NCBI GenBank assembly: GCA_046498225.1
Contig: JAWOBF010000115.1
Coordinates: 1-43,185 of the forward strand
Direction of reading: 5' to 3'
DNA from: Candidatus Aegiribacteria sp.
Lineage (GTDB): Bacteria > Fermentibacterota > Fermentibacteria > Fermentibacterales > JCC-6
DNA: 43,185 bases
Made by a program: the position numbers and the translations under genes. Positions 29,277-38,188 of the stretch are shown piece after piece; the stretch's first letter is position 1, and every line of letters begins with the position of its first letter. Under the pieces are notes generated by a model. That model ran no database searches, was not told the origin of the DNA, and saw nothing but the letters and a program-made list of their open reading frames with translations.

Positions 29277-29312
29277 TTCAGCATGTTCACTGGATATCAC
29301 AGACATGCTGAA
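29277..29312. repeat. Perfect 10-bp inverted repeat (terminator or operator)
   Basis: TTCAGCATGT-N16-ACATGCTGAA, with further flanking CCGGG/CCCGG pairing. Confidence 0.55.
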
Positions 29313-29449
29313 ACGAACCCCGGGTCTGTTCATGTTTGGATAAGGTCTTCCGGCGCGACCCATTCCGTTTCACTCCAGGCAGGCTATATTTCACTTTCAA
29401 GAGCATCAGCAGGAGTAACAGCCGCTCGGGCATTATTCGGAGAGGTCCC

Positions 29450-32449
29450 ATGAAGGACAGAAAACTGGATGAGGTCATCGGTAGGCGGGGGGAAGATCCG
29501 GTTCCCTTCTACTCCCTCATGTCCAGGAGGATAAGGAACGTGCTGCTGGTCTCCAGCCTGTACGATTCCTATACCCTCGAGGAGGACGGCAAGTTCACCG
29601 AAGTTCTCTTTTCGGAATACCTGAGTCTCAATCTGCGCTACGCTCCCAGGATAGTCCGGGTTTCCACAGGGGATGAAGCCCTCGAGAGACTGGACAGGGA
29701 AGAGTTCGACCTTGTCATATCCATGCTGAACATCGGTCCGATGAGCTGCGACCAGCTGGGGCGGGCCATTTCAGAAAAGGTCCCAGAGGTGCCGTTCGTG
29801 GTGCTGTCTTACACCGGGAGGGACCTGAAGATATTCGAGGATGAGGGAATGCTATCCCACGTTGACCGAGCCTTCGTGTGGCAGGGTGACGTGAGACTCT
29901 TCCTGGCGATCATCAAGTCCATCGAGGACAGGCTGAACGCGGAGCATGACTCCAGGGTGGCCGGGGTCAAATGCATAATCCTGGTTGAGGATTCCATAAG
30001 ATTCTGCTCATCCTACCTTCCCATGCTGTATACCGAACTCATGCAGCAGACCCAGGCCCTGATGACTGAGGGCGTCAACCAGATGCAGAAGCTCATGCGC
30101 ATGAGGGCCCGTCCCAAGATACTGCACGCCGGTAACTACGAGGACGCGCTGGAACTCTACAGGACCTTCCGGGACAACATACTGGGCATGATACTGGATG
30201 TGAGGTTCAAGAAGAACGGGATAGAGTACCCCAGAGCCGGTTTTCAGCTGGCCGAGGAGATAGTGGCCGATAATCCCTCATGTCCCATTCTCTTCCAGTC
30301 ATCGGAGGAGATAAACAGGAAACGGGCCGGAGAAATGGGAGCTGCTTTCATTCACAAGAACTCCCCCACACTGCTTGCGGACCTTCGGGAATTCATGCGG
30401 GGATACCTGGGTTTCGGGGACTTCATCTTCCGCGACCCCGAGGGGAAGGAGGAAGCCAGGGCCGGCGACCTCCGGGAGATGAGAAGGGCACTGAGAAAGA
30501 TATCGGACCGGAGCCTCTTCTACCATGCGGGCAAGAACGACTTTTCCACCTGGCTTATGGCCCGGACGGAGTTCGACCTGGCGAACGCGCTGAAGCCGCA
30601 GCAGGTGGGGGATTTCCAGTCGGCCGAAGAACTCCGGGCCTATCTGATATCCTCGCTAACGCTGTGGCTGGAGCGGTCACGGGCGGGCCAGGTGGAGGAT
30701 TTCTCCCGGGAGACCTTCGATTACTTCACCGAATTCACCAAGATAGGGTCCGGCTCCCTGGGCGGGAAGGGAAGGGGCCTGGCGTTCATCAACGCTCTTC
30801 TGAACATGTACAGGATTGATGAGGGGTTTCCCGATGTCACCATTCGCGTTCCTCCCACCGCGGTCGTCGCTACCGGGGCCTTCGACAGCTTCATGCAGAA
30901 CCCCGGACTGAAGGAGCTGGTCTTCCTGTCCGAAGGGCTCGAGGAGAGAAGGTCCAGAGTCAGCTGGGACAGAGAGGTAGCAGAAGCGTTCCTCAAGTCG
31001 TCCATGCCGGAGGACGTGGTGGATATGCTCACCGTATTTCTCAAGCAGGTGGATTATCCGCTTGCGGTAAGGTCCTCCAGCCTTCTGGAGGACAGCCCCG
31101 CCCATCCCTTCGCGGGGATATACAGCACATACATGATACCCAACAGCAGTCCGGAACTGCAGGTCCGTCTCGATCAGCTTCTTGACGCCATCAGGCTGGT
31201 ATACGCCTCCACCTACTGCAGCGAATCCATAGCCTACATGGAAAGCACCCCCAACAGGCTGGAGGAGGAAAAGATGGCGGTAGTCATCCAGCAGGTGGTG
31301 GCCAGGCGTCACGGGGATTACTACTACCCCAACCTGGCAGGGGTGGCCAAGTCGTTCAATTACTATCCTCTGGAGGGAATGAGCGAGGAGAGCGGAGTTG
31401 TTTCCGTGGCGCTGGGACTGGGGGGCATGGTGGTGGGCGGCGGAAAATGCGTGAGGTTCTCGCCGGATTCTCCGGGCAGGCTCTACCAGTTCTCCTCCAC
31501 CGAGGAATTTCTTCGGAACTCCCAGCGGGAGTTCCTCGCCCTGGACCTGAAGAAGTCACCGGGAGTGGACCCCGATGATCCCGGAAGAGACCTGCACCTG
31601 ATCGAACTGGACCTCGAGCGGGCGCAGGAAGACGGCACCCTTGCTCCCGTTGGTTCGGTTTTTTCACCTGATAACGACACAATAATCGACGGCACTTTCA
31701 GGCCCGGGGCCAAACTTGTCACCATGGCCGGTGTTCTGAAGGGGGATTACTTTCCCCTGGCCCCACTGCTGAAACGCCTTCTCATGGTAGGGAAACTCGC
31801 CTTCTCCGGTGATGTGGAGATGGAATTCGCCGTAAACCTGGGGGACAGGAAAAAAGGAGAGAAGCACGAGTTCGGCTTCCTGCAGATAAGGCCCATGGGT
31901 CAGACCGCGGGCATTCTGCCGGAGGTCGACCACGTGGGCAGGGACAGCGCAATATGCATCTCGCACCGGGTCCTGGGTTTCGGCGAGATCGACGACATTC
32001 TTGACATCATCTACGTATCCCCCCGGACTTTCGAGAGATCGAAGAGCACCGAGATAGCGGGGGAGATAGAGAATCTGAACCGGAAGCTCAGAAAGACCAG
32101 AAGACATGCCCTTCTCATCGGTCCGGGAAGGTGGGGAAGCTCCGACAGCTGGCTGGGCATACCGGTAAAATGGAACCAGATATCCTCTGTCAGGTGTATC
32201 GTGGAGACACCCCTGGAGGACATGGAGGTCAGCCCTTCACAGGGGACCCACTTCTTTCAGAACATCACCTCCCTTGGCATAGGCTACTTCACCATAAGCA
32301 GGCGCGATGACGATTATCTGGATACCGATTTCCTGGAGGAACACTCCGCTCTGGCCGAGACCGACCATTTGAGGCACATCCACCTCTACAAGCCGCTGCG
32401 TATACTGATAAACCCAAGGGCCAAAAAGGGTGTCATTCAGCTGACATGA
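29450..32449 (+). CDS. PEP-synthase/PPDK N-terminal (ATP-grasp) domain protein with two N-terminal receiver-like domains and no pyruvate-binding barrel
   Basis: GSLGGKGRGL, PLAVRSSSLLED, FAGIYST, EEKMAVVIQ, EMEFA, FLQIRP. REC-like segments at the N-terminus. C-terminal LIGPGRWGS...SQGTHFF. Start ATG 29450 after GGAGAGG. Confidence 0.88.
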   Translation: MKDRKLDEVIGRRGEDPVPFYSLMSRRIRNVLLVSSLYDSYTLEEDGKFTEVLFSEYLSLNLRYAPRIVRVSTGDEALERLDREEFDLVISMLNIGPMSCDQLGRAISEKVPEVPFVVLSYTGRDLKIFEDEGMLSHVDRAFVWQGDVRLFLAIIKSIEDRLNAEHDSRVAGVKCIILVEDSIRFCSSYLPMLYTELMQQTQALMTEGVNQMQKLMRMRARPKILHAGNYEDALELYRTFRDNILGMILDVRFKKNGIEYPRAGFQLAEEIVADNPSCPILFQSSEEINRKRAGEMGAAFIHKNSPTLLADLREFMRGYLGFGDFIFRDPEGKEEARAGDLREMRRALRKISDRSLFYHAGKNDFSTWLMARTEFDLANALKPQQVGDFQSAEELRAYLISSLTLWLERSRAGQVEDFSRETFDYFTEFTKIGSGSLGGKGRGLAFINALLNMYRIDEGFPDVTIRVPPTAVVATGAFDSFMQNPGLKELVFLSEGLEERRSRVSWDREVAEAFLKSSMPEDVVDMLTVFLKQVDYPLAVRSSSLLEDSPAHPFAGIYSTYMIPNSSPELQVRLDQLLDAIRLVYASTYCSESIAYMESTPNRLEEEKMAVVIQQVVARRHGDYYYPNLAGVAKSFNYYPLEGMSEESGVVSVALGLGGMVVGGGKCVRFSPDSPGRLYQFSSTEEFLRNSQREFLALDLKKSPGVDPDDPGRDLHLIELDLERAQEDGTLAPVGSVFSPDNDTIIDGTFRPGAKLVTMAGVLKGDYFPLAPLLKRLLMVGKLAFSGDVEMEFAVNLGDRKKGEKHEFGFLQIRPMGQTAGILPEVDHVGRDSAICISHRVLGFGEIDDILDIIYVSPRTFERSKSTEIAGEIENLNRKLRKTRRHALLIGPGRWGSSDSWLGIPVKWNQISSVRCIVETPLEDMEVSPSQGTHFFQNITSLGIGYFTISRRDDDYLDTDFLEEHSALAETDHLRHIHLYKPLRILINPRAKKGVIQLT

Positions 32450-32480
32450 GAAGCCCCCGGCGTTTCCGCCGGGGGTTCTC
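32448..32480. terminator. Bidirectional terminator-like hairpin between the PPDK-like gene and gdhA
   Basis: GAGAAgCCCCCGGCG-ttt(c)-CGCCGGGGGTTCTC. Confidence 0.7.
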
Positions 32481-32506
32481 GCGCTTTCAGAAGGAACGGG
32501 ACCGGG

Positions 32507-33859
32507 CTATACCACTCCCTGAGCCATCATGGCGTCGGCGACCTTGCGGAATCCCGCGGCATTCGCGCCCAGGACGTAGTTGGTGGGGTCTCCGTACATC
32601 TCGGCCGCGGCCTTCGCCTGGGCATGGATGTTTATCATTATGCTGTGGAGCTTGCTGTCCACTTCCTCGCGGCTCCAGCTGGAGAAGATGGCGTTCTGGG
32701 CCATCTCCAGCCCGGAGGTAGCAACTCCGCCGGCGTTGGCTGCCTTGCCGGGGCCGTAGAGTATCTTGTCTTCGAGGAAGATATCAACGCCTGCCGGGAC
32801 CGTGGGCATGTTGGCGCCCTCGGAAACCAGGTACACGCCGTTGTTGATGAGGTTCTGGGCGTCCTTGGCGTTGATCTCGTTCTGCGTGGCGCTGGGGAAG
32901 GCGCAGTCGGCCTTGTGATTCCAGAGGGGATTGTAGTCCAGCTCCGGGTCCACGGCGGTGTAGACCGCGTTGGGGTACTTTTCCATGTACTCCTTAATTC
33001 TGCCGCGCCTGTTGTTCTTGAGGTCCATGACGTAGGCAAGTTTCCCGATATCGATACCTTCCTCGTCGTAGATGTAGCCGCTGGAGTCGGAGAGCGTGAC
33101 CACCTTTGCTCCAAGCTGGTTCAGCTTCTCGGTAGCGTACTGGGCTACGTTGCCCGACCCGGATACCAGGCAGGTCTTTCCCTCGTAGGTCTCGCCCCTG
33201 GTCTTCAGCATCTCCTCGCCGAAGTAAACGGCTCCGTAGCCGGTGGCTTCGGGCCTGATGAGGCTTCCGCCGTACTGCAGACCCTTTCCGGTGAGAACTC
33301 CGCTCCACTCGTTGCGAAGCTTCTTGTACTGGCCGAAGAGAAATCCAATCTCGCGGCCGCCCACGCCGATATCACCGGCGGGAACGTCGGTGCTGGGACC
33401 GATGTGCCGGAAGAGTTCGGACATGAAGCTCTGGCAGAAGCGCATGACTTCGTTGTCGGACTTGCCCTTGGGATCGAAATCCGACCCGCCCTTTCCTCCG
33501 CCCATGGGAATGGTGGTCAGAGCGTTCTTGAAGACCTGCTCGAAGGCGAGGAACTTGAGTATTCCAAGGTTGACGGAGGGATGGAAGCGCAGCCCGCCCT
33601 TGTACGGCCCGATGGCGCTGTTCATCTCGATGCGGAATCCGCGGTTCACGTGAACGTCCCCGTCATCATCCACCCAGGGTACCCGGAACATTATCACCCG
33701 CTCGGGCTCCACTATCCTCTCGGGTATCCTGGTCCTGCGGTATTCGGGGTGTTTCTCCAGGACCACTTCCAGCGAGTCGAGAACCTCTTTCACAGCCTGA
33801 TGGAACTCCGGCTGCGCGGGATCCTTCTCCACCACCTTCTGGTAAAGTTCTTCCAGCAT
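32507..33859 (-). CDS. gdhA: NADP-specific glutamate dehydrogenase
   Basis: EPERVIMFRVPW, GPYKGGLRFHPSV, KNAL...GGGKGGSDFDPKGKS, DVPAGDIGVG, RPEATGYG, SGSGNVA, EGANMP, KAANAGGV. Confidence 0.97.
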   Translation of the reverse strand: MLEELYQKVVEKDPAQPEFHQAVKEVLDSLEVVLEKHPEYRRTRIPERIVEPERVIMFRVPWVDDDGDVHVNRGFRIEMNSAIGPYKGGLRFHPSVNLGILKFLAFEQVFKNALTTIPMGGGKGGSDFDPKGKSDNEVMRFCQSFMSELFRHIGPSTDVPAGDIGVGGREIGFLFGQYKKLRNEWSGVLTGKGLQYGGSLIRPEATGYGAVYFGEEMLKTRGETYEGKTCLVSGSGNVAQYATEKLNQLGAKVVTLSDSSGYIYDEEGIDIGKLAYVMDLKNNRRGRIKEYMEKYPNAVYTAVDPELDYNPLWNHKADCAFPSATQNEINAKDAQNLINNGVYLVSEGANMPTVPAGVDIFLEDKILYGPGKAANAGGVATSGLEMAQNAIFSSWSREEVDSKLHSIMINIHAQAKAAAEMYGDPTNYVLGANAAGFRKVADAMMAQGVV

Positions 33860-33947
33860 CTGCCAGTCCCTCCTCTCGGGGGTAAAGGGTTAAGCACAAA
33901 GGGTATTGGAATCTGAACGATTTCCTATTCGTACACCAAGGATTAGT

Positions 33948-34052
33948 AGCCTAGTCACTTGCATCCCCCTGCGTCAAGTACTGCTGCCGGCGGAAGAAAT
34001 ACTGACTACTTGACCGTGTTATTGTCAGAGGATATTGTGAAACGTTGACAAT
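33948..34052. promoter_or_regulatory. Back-to-back gdhA / nfnA promoters with a palindromic operator over the nfn -10
   Basis: Minus: TTGACG(33977-72)-N18-TAGGCT. Plus: TTGACC(34010-15)-N17-TATTGT(34033-38). Palindrome ATTGTGAA-ACG-TTGACAAT at 34034-34052. Confidence 0.55.
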
Positions 34053-34135
34053 GCCTTTCCGGCTGGACCGCCGGGCGGATGGTCGCAAGAACACAGCGGC
34101 GGTCCCAGGAGCCACTCACGAGTTTGGGGGGACCT

Positions 34136-35002
34136 ATGTACCAGATCCTGCACAAGGAGAAACTGGGGCCGGATATCTGGCTCTACAAGATCAAAGCGCC
34201 GGACGTGGCCGAATACCGTGAGCCGGGTCAGTTCGTAATTGTGCGGATAAGCGATGATGGAGAGAGGATACCGATAACCATAGCCGAAGTAGACCGGAAT
34301 GAAGGGAGCATCACTCTGATCGTGCAGGCAGTGGGGAAGACAACGCTTCAAATGACAACGCTGGAGGTTGGAGAAACCATTCCAACCGTCACAGGACCTC
34401 TGGGCCGGCCAACAACTATCGAAAAAGTCGGCAGGGTGCTGTGCGTGGGTGGAGGCATCGGCATTGCCCCCCTCTACCCGGTGGCCAGGGCCATGCGTGA
34501 GGCGGGCAACCACGTGACCAGCATAATCGGCGCCCGGTCATCGAACCTTTTGATCCTTGAGGATAGAATGCGCCGGGTCAGCAGCGAGATAGTGGTCACG
34601 ACGGATGATGGAACCAGCGGGTGCAGGGGGTTCGTTACGGATTCCATCAGGAACCTCCTGGAGATAGGTGAAAGTTTCCAGCAGTGTGTGGCCATGGGCC
34701 CCCCGATAATGATGAAATGCGTCTGTGATCTTACGCGGGAGTACGAGATACCAACTATTGTGAGCCTCAATCCCATAATGGTCGACGGGACCGGGATGTG
34801 CGGATGCTGCAGGGTTACCGTCGGTGACAGCGTGAAGTTCGCCTGCGTCGACGGTCCCGAATTCGACGGGCACCAGGTGGATTTCAGCGAGCTTATGACC
34901 AGGCTGAAAACGTATGGGACGGAGGAGAGGGAAGCGCTTGATTGCTTTTCCTCCGAGTCTGGATGCAGGCTTGACGCGATGCTGGAAGGGGGTGCCCGAT
35001 GA
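34136..35002 (+). CDS. nfnA: NADH-dependent reduced ferredoxin:NADP+ oxidoreductase small subunit (NfnA/SudB/PyrK-like)
   Basis: PGQFVIVR, GERIPITI, GPLGRP, VGGGIGIAP, NPIMVDGTGMCGCCRV, FACVDGPEFD ([2Fe-2S] Asp/Cys motif). Start ATG 34136. Confidence 0.9.
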   Translation: MYQILHKEKLGPDIWLYKIKAPDVAEYREPGQFVIVRISDDGERIPITIAEVDRNEGSITLIVQAVGKTTLQMTTLEVGETIPTVTGPLGRPTTIEKVGRVLCVGGGIGIAPLYPVARAMREAGNHVTSIIGARSSNLLILEDRMRRVSSEIVVTTDDGTSGCRGFVTDSIRNLLEIGESFQQCVAMGPPIMMKCVCDLTREYEIPTIVSLNPIMVDGTGMCGCCRVTVGDSVKFACVDGPEFDGHQVDFSELMTRLKTYGTEEREALDCFSSESGCRLDAMLEGGAR

Positions 35003-36462
35003 ATGTGAAGGACAGGTTGAAGATACCTCCGGTGCCCATGCCCGAGCAGGACCCCGCCCGGCGGGTCCATAACCTGGATGAGGTTCCACTGGGCTATACC
35101 CCGGAGATGGCTGTAGAGGAGGCCGGTCGGTGTCTGCAGTGCAAAACTCCATTCTGTGTCGAAGGATGCCCGGTAGGCATTGACATCCCCGGCTTCATCG
35201 GGCTGATAGAGGATGGAGACTTCAAAGGTGCAATTCGCAGGATGAAGGAGAAGAACCTGCTGCCGGCGGTATGCGGCAGGGTGTGTCCGCAGGAGGAGCA
35301 GTGCCAGCTCTTCTGCACGGTGGGGAAGGCGCGTAAGGATCCCGCCGAGTCCGTGATGATCGGCAAGCTGGAAAGGTTCATAGCAGACTGGGACAGGCAG
35401 AACGGTGAAGGGGAAGCCCCTCCCGAGGTAAAGCCATCCGGCAGGAAGGTGGCCGTCATCGGGGCAGGCCCGGCAGGTCTCACTGTGGCAGGGGACCTGG
35501 TCAGGTTCGGCCATGCCGTAACTGTGTTCGAGGCTCTCCACAAAGCCGGGGGGGTCCTGGTGTACGGTATCCCGGAGTTCAGGTTGCCCAAGGATATCGT
35601 GCAGAGCGAGGTGGACAACCTCGAGAGCATGGGTGTCAAGTTCAGGTACAATTACGTGATCGGCAGGACCCTCCCCTTAAGTAAAGTACTCGAGGACTTC
35701 GACGCTGTCTTCATCGGAACCGGTGCCGGACTGCCCAGGTTCATGAGGATAGATGGAGAGAACCTTCTCGGAGTGCTTTCCGCCAACGAGTATCTTACAA
35801 GGGCCAACCTGATGAAGGCCTACGATTTTCCCGGTGCGGACACACCCATAGTGAAGGGAAGAAAAGTCATTACAGTGGGCGGAGGCAACGTTGCCATGGA
35901 CTGCGCTCGCACAGCTCTCAGGATGGGAGCGGAAAGGTCCCTGATAGTCTACCGAAGAGCGGAGGAGCAGATGCCGGCTCGGCTGGAGGAGATCCATCAC
36001 GCAAAGGAGGAGGGCGTGGAGTTTCATCTGCTCCATAACCCTGTAAGGCTCATTGGAGAGGATAACGGCTGGTTAAAGGGCGCCGAGCTGATAAGGATGG
36101 AACTCGGCGAACCGGATGCGTCGGGCAGGAGAAGGCCGATACCCGTAGAGGGAAGTGAGTCCCTGGAGGAGGCGGACGTTCTTATCGTCGCCATAGGCAA
36201 CAGCCCGAACCCTCTCGTACCCGAGTGTTTCCCCGAGCTTGAGGTCACGCGATGGGGTGGTATCGTGGTGAATGAGATAACGGGACAGACATCGGTCCCC
36301 GGGGTTTTCGCCGGAGGGGACATAGTGCTTGGAGCGGCTACAGTTATTCTGGCCATGGGTCACGGACGCAGGGCTGCCCGGGCCATGAACCTGTACCTGA
36401 GTTCCGGCCGCTGGGTCGACCTTGACAGGGCCATGGACCTCTGCAGGGCGGAGGTCCATTGA
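34999..36462 (+). CDS. nfnB: Nfn large subunit (NfnB/SudA; often annotated as homotetrameric NADPH glutamate synthase)
   Basis: RCLQC...CVEGCPV, CGRVCPQEEQC, GAGPAGL, YGIPEFRLP, GGGNVAMD, YRR, FAGGD. ATGA overlap with nfnA; no gltB in the window. Confidence 0.9.
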   Translation: MNVKDRLKIPPVPMPEQDPARRVHNLDEVPLGYTPEMAVEEAGRCLQCKTPFCVEGCPVGIDIPGFIGLIEDGDFKGAIRRMKEKNLLPAVCGRVCPQEEQCQLFCTVGKARKDPAESVMIGKLERFIADWDRQNGEGEAPPEVKPSGRKVAVIGAGPAGLTVAGDLVRFGHAVTVFEALHKAGGVLVYGIPEFRLPKDIVQSEVDNLESMGVKFRYNYVIGRTLPLSKVLEDFDAVFIGTGAGLPRFMRIDGENLLGVLSANEYLTRANLMKAYDFPGADTPIVKGRKVITVGGGNVAMDCARTALRMGAERSLIVYRRAEEQMPARLEEIHHAKEEGVEFHLLHNPVRLIGEDNGWLKGAELIRMELGEPDASGRRRPIPVEGSESLEEADVLIVAIGNSPNPLVPECFPELEVTRWGGIVVNEITGQTSVPGVFAGGDIVLGAATVILAMGHGRRAARAMNLYLSSGRWVDLDRAMDLCRAEVH

Positions 36463-36474
36463 ACACCATCGTTC

Positions 36475-36503
36475 TTGACTTTGTAGACGGGGGAACTTAG
36501 CGT
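36475..36503 (+). promoter_or_regulatory. Possible internal promoter for the response regulator-bfu genes
   Basis: TTGACT-N17-TAGCGT. Confidence 0.35.
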
Positions 36504-36549
36504 TCCACCATTCTCGGGAACGGATCAAGCTGAATAGAGGAGGCATCAA

Positions 36550-37536
36550 TTGAAAGGCCGCGTGCTGATTATCGATGACGAGGCGGAGATCCGCCGCAAT
36601 CTGACAGTAGGGCTCACGCAGGAGGGATATTCCGTAGTTGCCTGCCCCGACGGCATATCCGCGATACATGAACTGAACCAGGCCCGGGAGAAGGGGATCG
36701 CCTACGATTATCTGGTAACGGATATCTTCATGCCCGACATCGACGGTCTCAAGATCCTCAAGGTAATCAAGAACCAGTATCCCGACCTTCCGGTACTGGT
36801 GATAACCGGTTTCGGAGACGAGCGTCTGATGCTGACGGCCCTCTCCGAGCACAACACGGGCTATCTGGACAAACCGTTCGAGATTTCGGACCTTGTTGGG
36901 GCCCTGGAGGAACTCTCACCCGGAAGGACAGATACTTCCTCTCCTGAAGAAGCTGTCGACCAGGGCATGCGGGAATCTGTCAGCGCCTACCTGACGGTAA
37001 AGATCACCGACCCGGAAAGAAGCATGGAGATCTATGACGCCCTCTACAGGATGGACGGAATAGCATCCTGTGACGCGGTCAGGGGCGACTTCGATATAAT
37101 ACTCCTGGCACAGGCGTCCTCCAGCGAAGAGATAGAGAGAATATTCGGCAGGGTCAGGGCCATGGACGGTATAGAGGTGGTTTCCATGTCGGAAGTGGAA
37201 AGGCCTGAACTGGACAGGGACGTTGATCAGTTCATCGAAACATACCAGGAAGCGGTAAAAGGCGACGCCCAGGCCGAAGCCCGCAGGCAGCCGGGCACAA
37301 TGAGCTATATAATCGTTGATATCGATCCGGATGAGATACAGCAGATATTCACTACGGTGTTCTTTATCGACGAAGTTGTGTTCTGTGACGTCATTGAAGA
37401 CGGCACCAAGCTGGTGGGTATGATCACGGGTCATGGAACAATGGGCAAGACGCCCCGAATCATTCAGAAACTCAATCAGATCGATGGTGTCCTCAGGGTA
37501 CGGGAAGCAAAGGTGATCAAGCTTATCGAGGATTGA
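36550..37536 (+). CDS. Response regulator: REC plus two Lrp/AsnC ligand-binding (RAM)-like domains, no HTH
   Basis: IIDDE, VTDIFMPDIDG, ITGFG, KPF. Then SAYLTVKI...DAVRGDFDIILLAQ...RAMDGI and MSYIIVDI...NQIDGV. AGGAGG SD before TTG. Confidence 0.85.
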   Translation: MKGRVLIIDDEAEIRRNLTVGLTQEGYSVVACPDGISAIHELNQAREKGIAYDYLVTDIFMPDIDGLKILKVIKNQYPDLPVLVITGFGDERLMLTALSEHNTGYLDKPFEISDLVGALEELSPGRTDTSSPEEAVDQGMRESVSAYLTVKITDPERSMEIYDALYRMDGIASCDAVRGDFDIILLAQASSSEEIERIFGRVRAMDGIEVVSMSEVERPELDRDVDQFIETYQEAVKGDAQAEARRQPGTMSYIIVDIDPDEIQQIFTTVFFIDEVVFCDVIEDGTKLVGMITGHGTMGKTPRIIQKLNQIDGVLRVREAKVIKLIED

Positions 37537-37613
37537 CGCACCTATCGGCTGAGTATTAACGGTATCAATTTCCGGCTCTCCGTCCTTCTAGCCGGTCTGA
37601 CTGCACGGAGTGC

Positions 37614-38132
37614 GTGAAGGGAGTGATGAAAACGGCTGCCAAGAAAGAGAACTTCAGTTACAGGCTGTGGAGGTACGAGGGCCAGCCGGGTGAGCTGATA
37701 CCCCTTCTCCAGTCCGCACAGGAGCACTTCGGCTACATTCCTAGGCGTGCCATCACCTATATCGCCGGTGCCACGGGAATTCCGGAATCGGACATCTACG
37801 GTGTAATAACATTCTACAGTCAGTTCAGGCTCAGACCGATGGGTAAGTACGTCATCAGGGTATGTGCCGGTACCGCGTGCCATGTTTCCGGGGCGAAGCT
37901 CATCAGGGAAACCGTGGAGGATGAACTGGGGATCGAGGAGGGCGACACCACCGATGACGGGCTGTTCACTCTGAACACCGTCGCGTGTATCGGGTGCTGC
38001 TCCCTTGCTCCGGTGATGATGGTGAACGATGACACCCACGGCCGGCTCACTCCGGCCTCGGTGCGGAAGATACTGCGCAATTACAGGAAGAAGGCCGCCG
38101 AGGGCGCAGATACGGTGGCCGGAGCATCCTGA
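37614..38132 (+). CDS. NuoE/HydC-like [2Fe-2S] subunit (BfuC-type)
   Basis: LIPLLQ.AQE.FGYIP, GVITFYSQF, VCAGTACHV, VACIGCCSLAP. Start is GTG 37614 or ATG 37626. Confidence 0.92.
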   Translation: MKGVMKTAAKKENFSYRLWRYEGQPGELIPLLQSAQEHFGYIPRRAITYIAGATGIPESDIYGVITFYSQFRLRPMGKYVIRVCAGTACHVSGAKLIRETVEDELGIEEGDTTDDGLFTLNTVACIGCCSLAPVMMVNDDTHGRLTPASVRKILRNYRKKAAEGADTVAGAS

Positions 38133-38188
38133 ACAAAATCCGTATATCCTGCAAGCTGTTCTAAAATGAAGAATGTCTGGAGCAAGAT

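Noticed and set aside
29450..32449. ppsA/ppdK call
   Set aside because: It lacks the C-terminal PEP/pyruvate-binding barrel and the canonical GGxTSHAA phospho-His motif.
32624..33916. 430-aa ORF antisense to gdhA
   Set aside because: It is the codon-register shadow of a strongly biased GC-rich gene. It has no SD or recognisable motifs, and the sense gene is unambiguous.
34999..36462. Glutamate synthase (gltD/gltA) call
   Set aside because: There is no gltB, and it is translationally coupled to an NfnA-type gene, so NfnB fits better.
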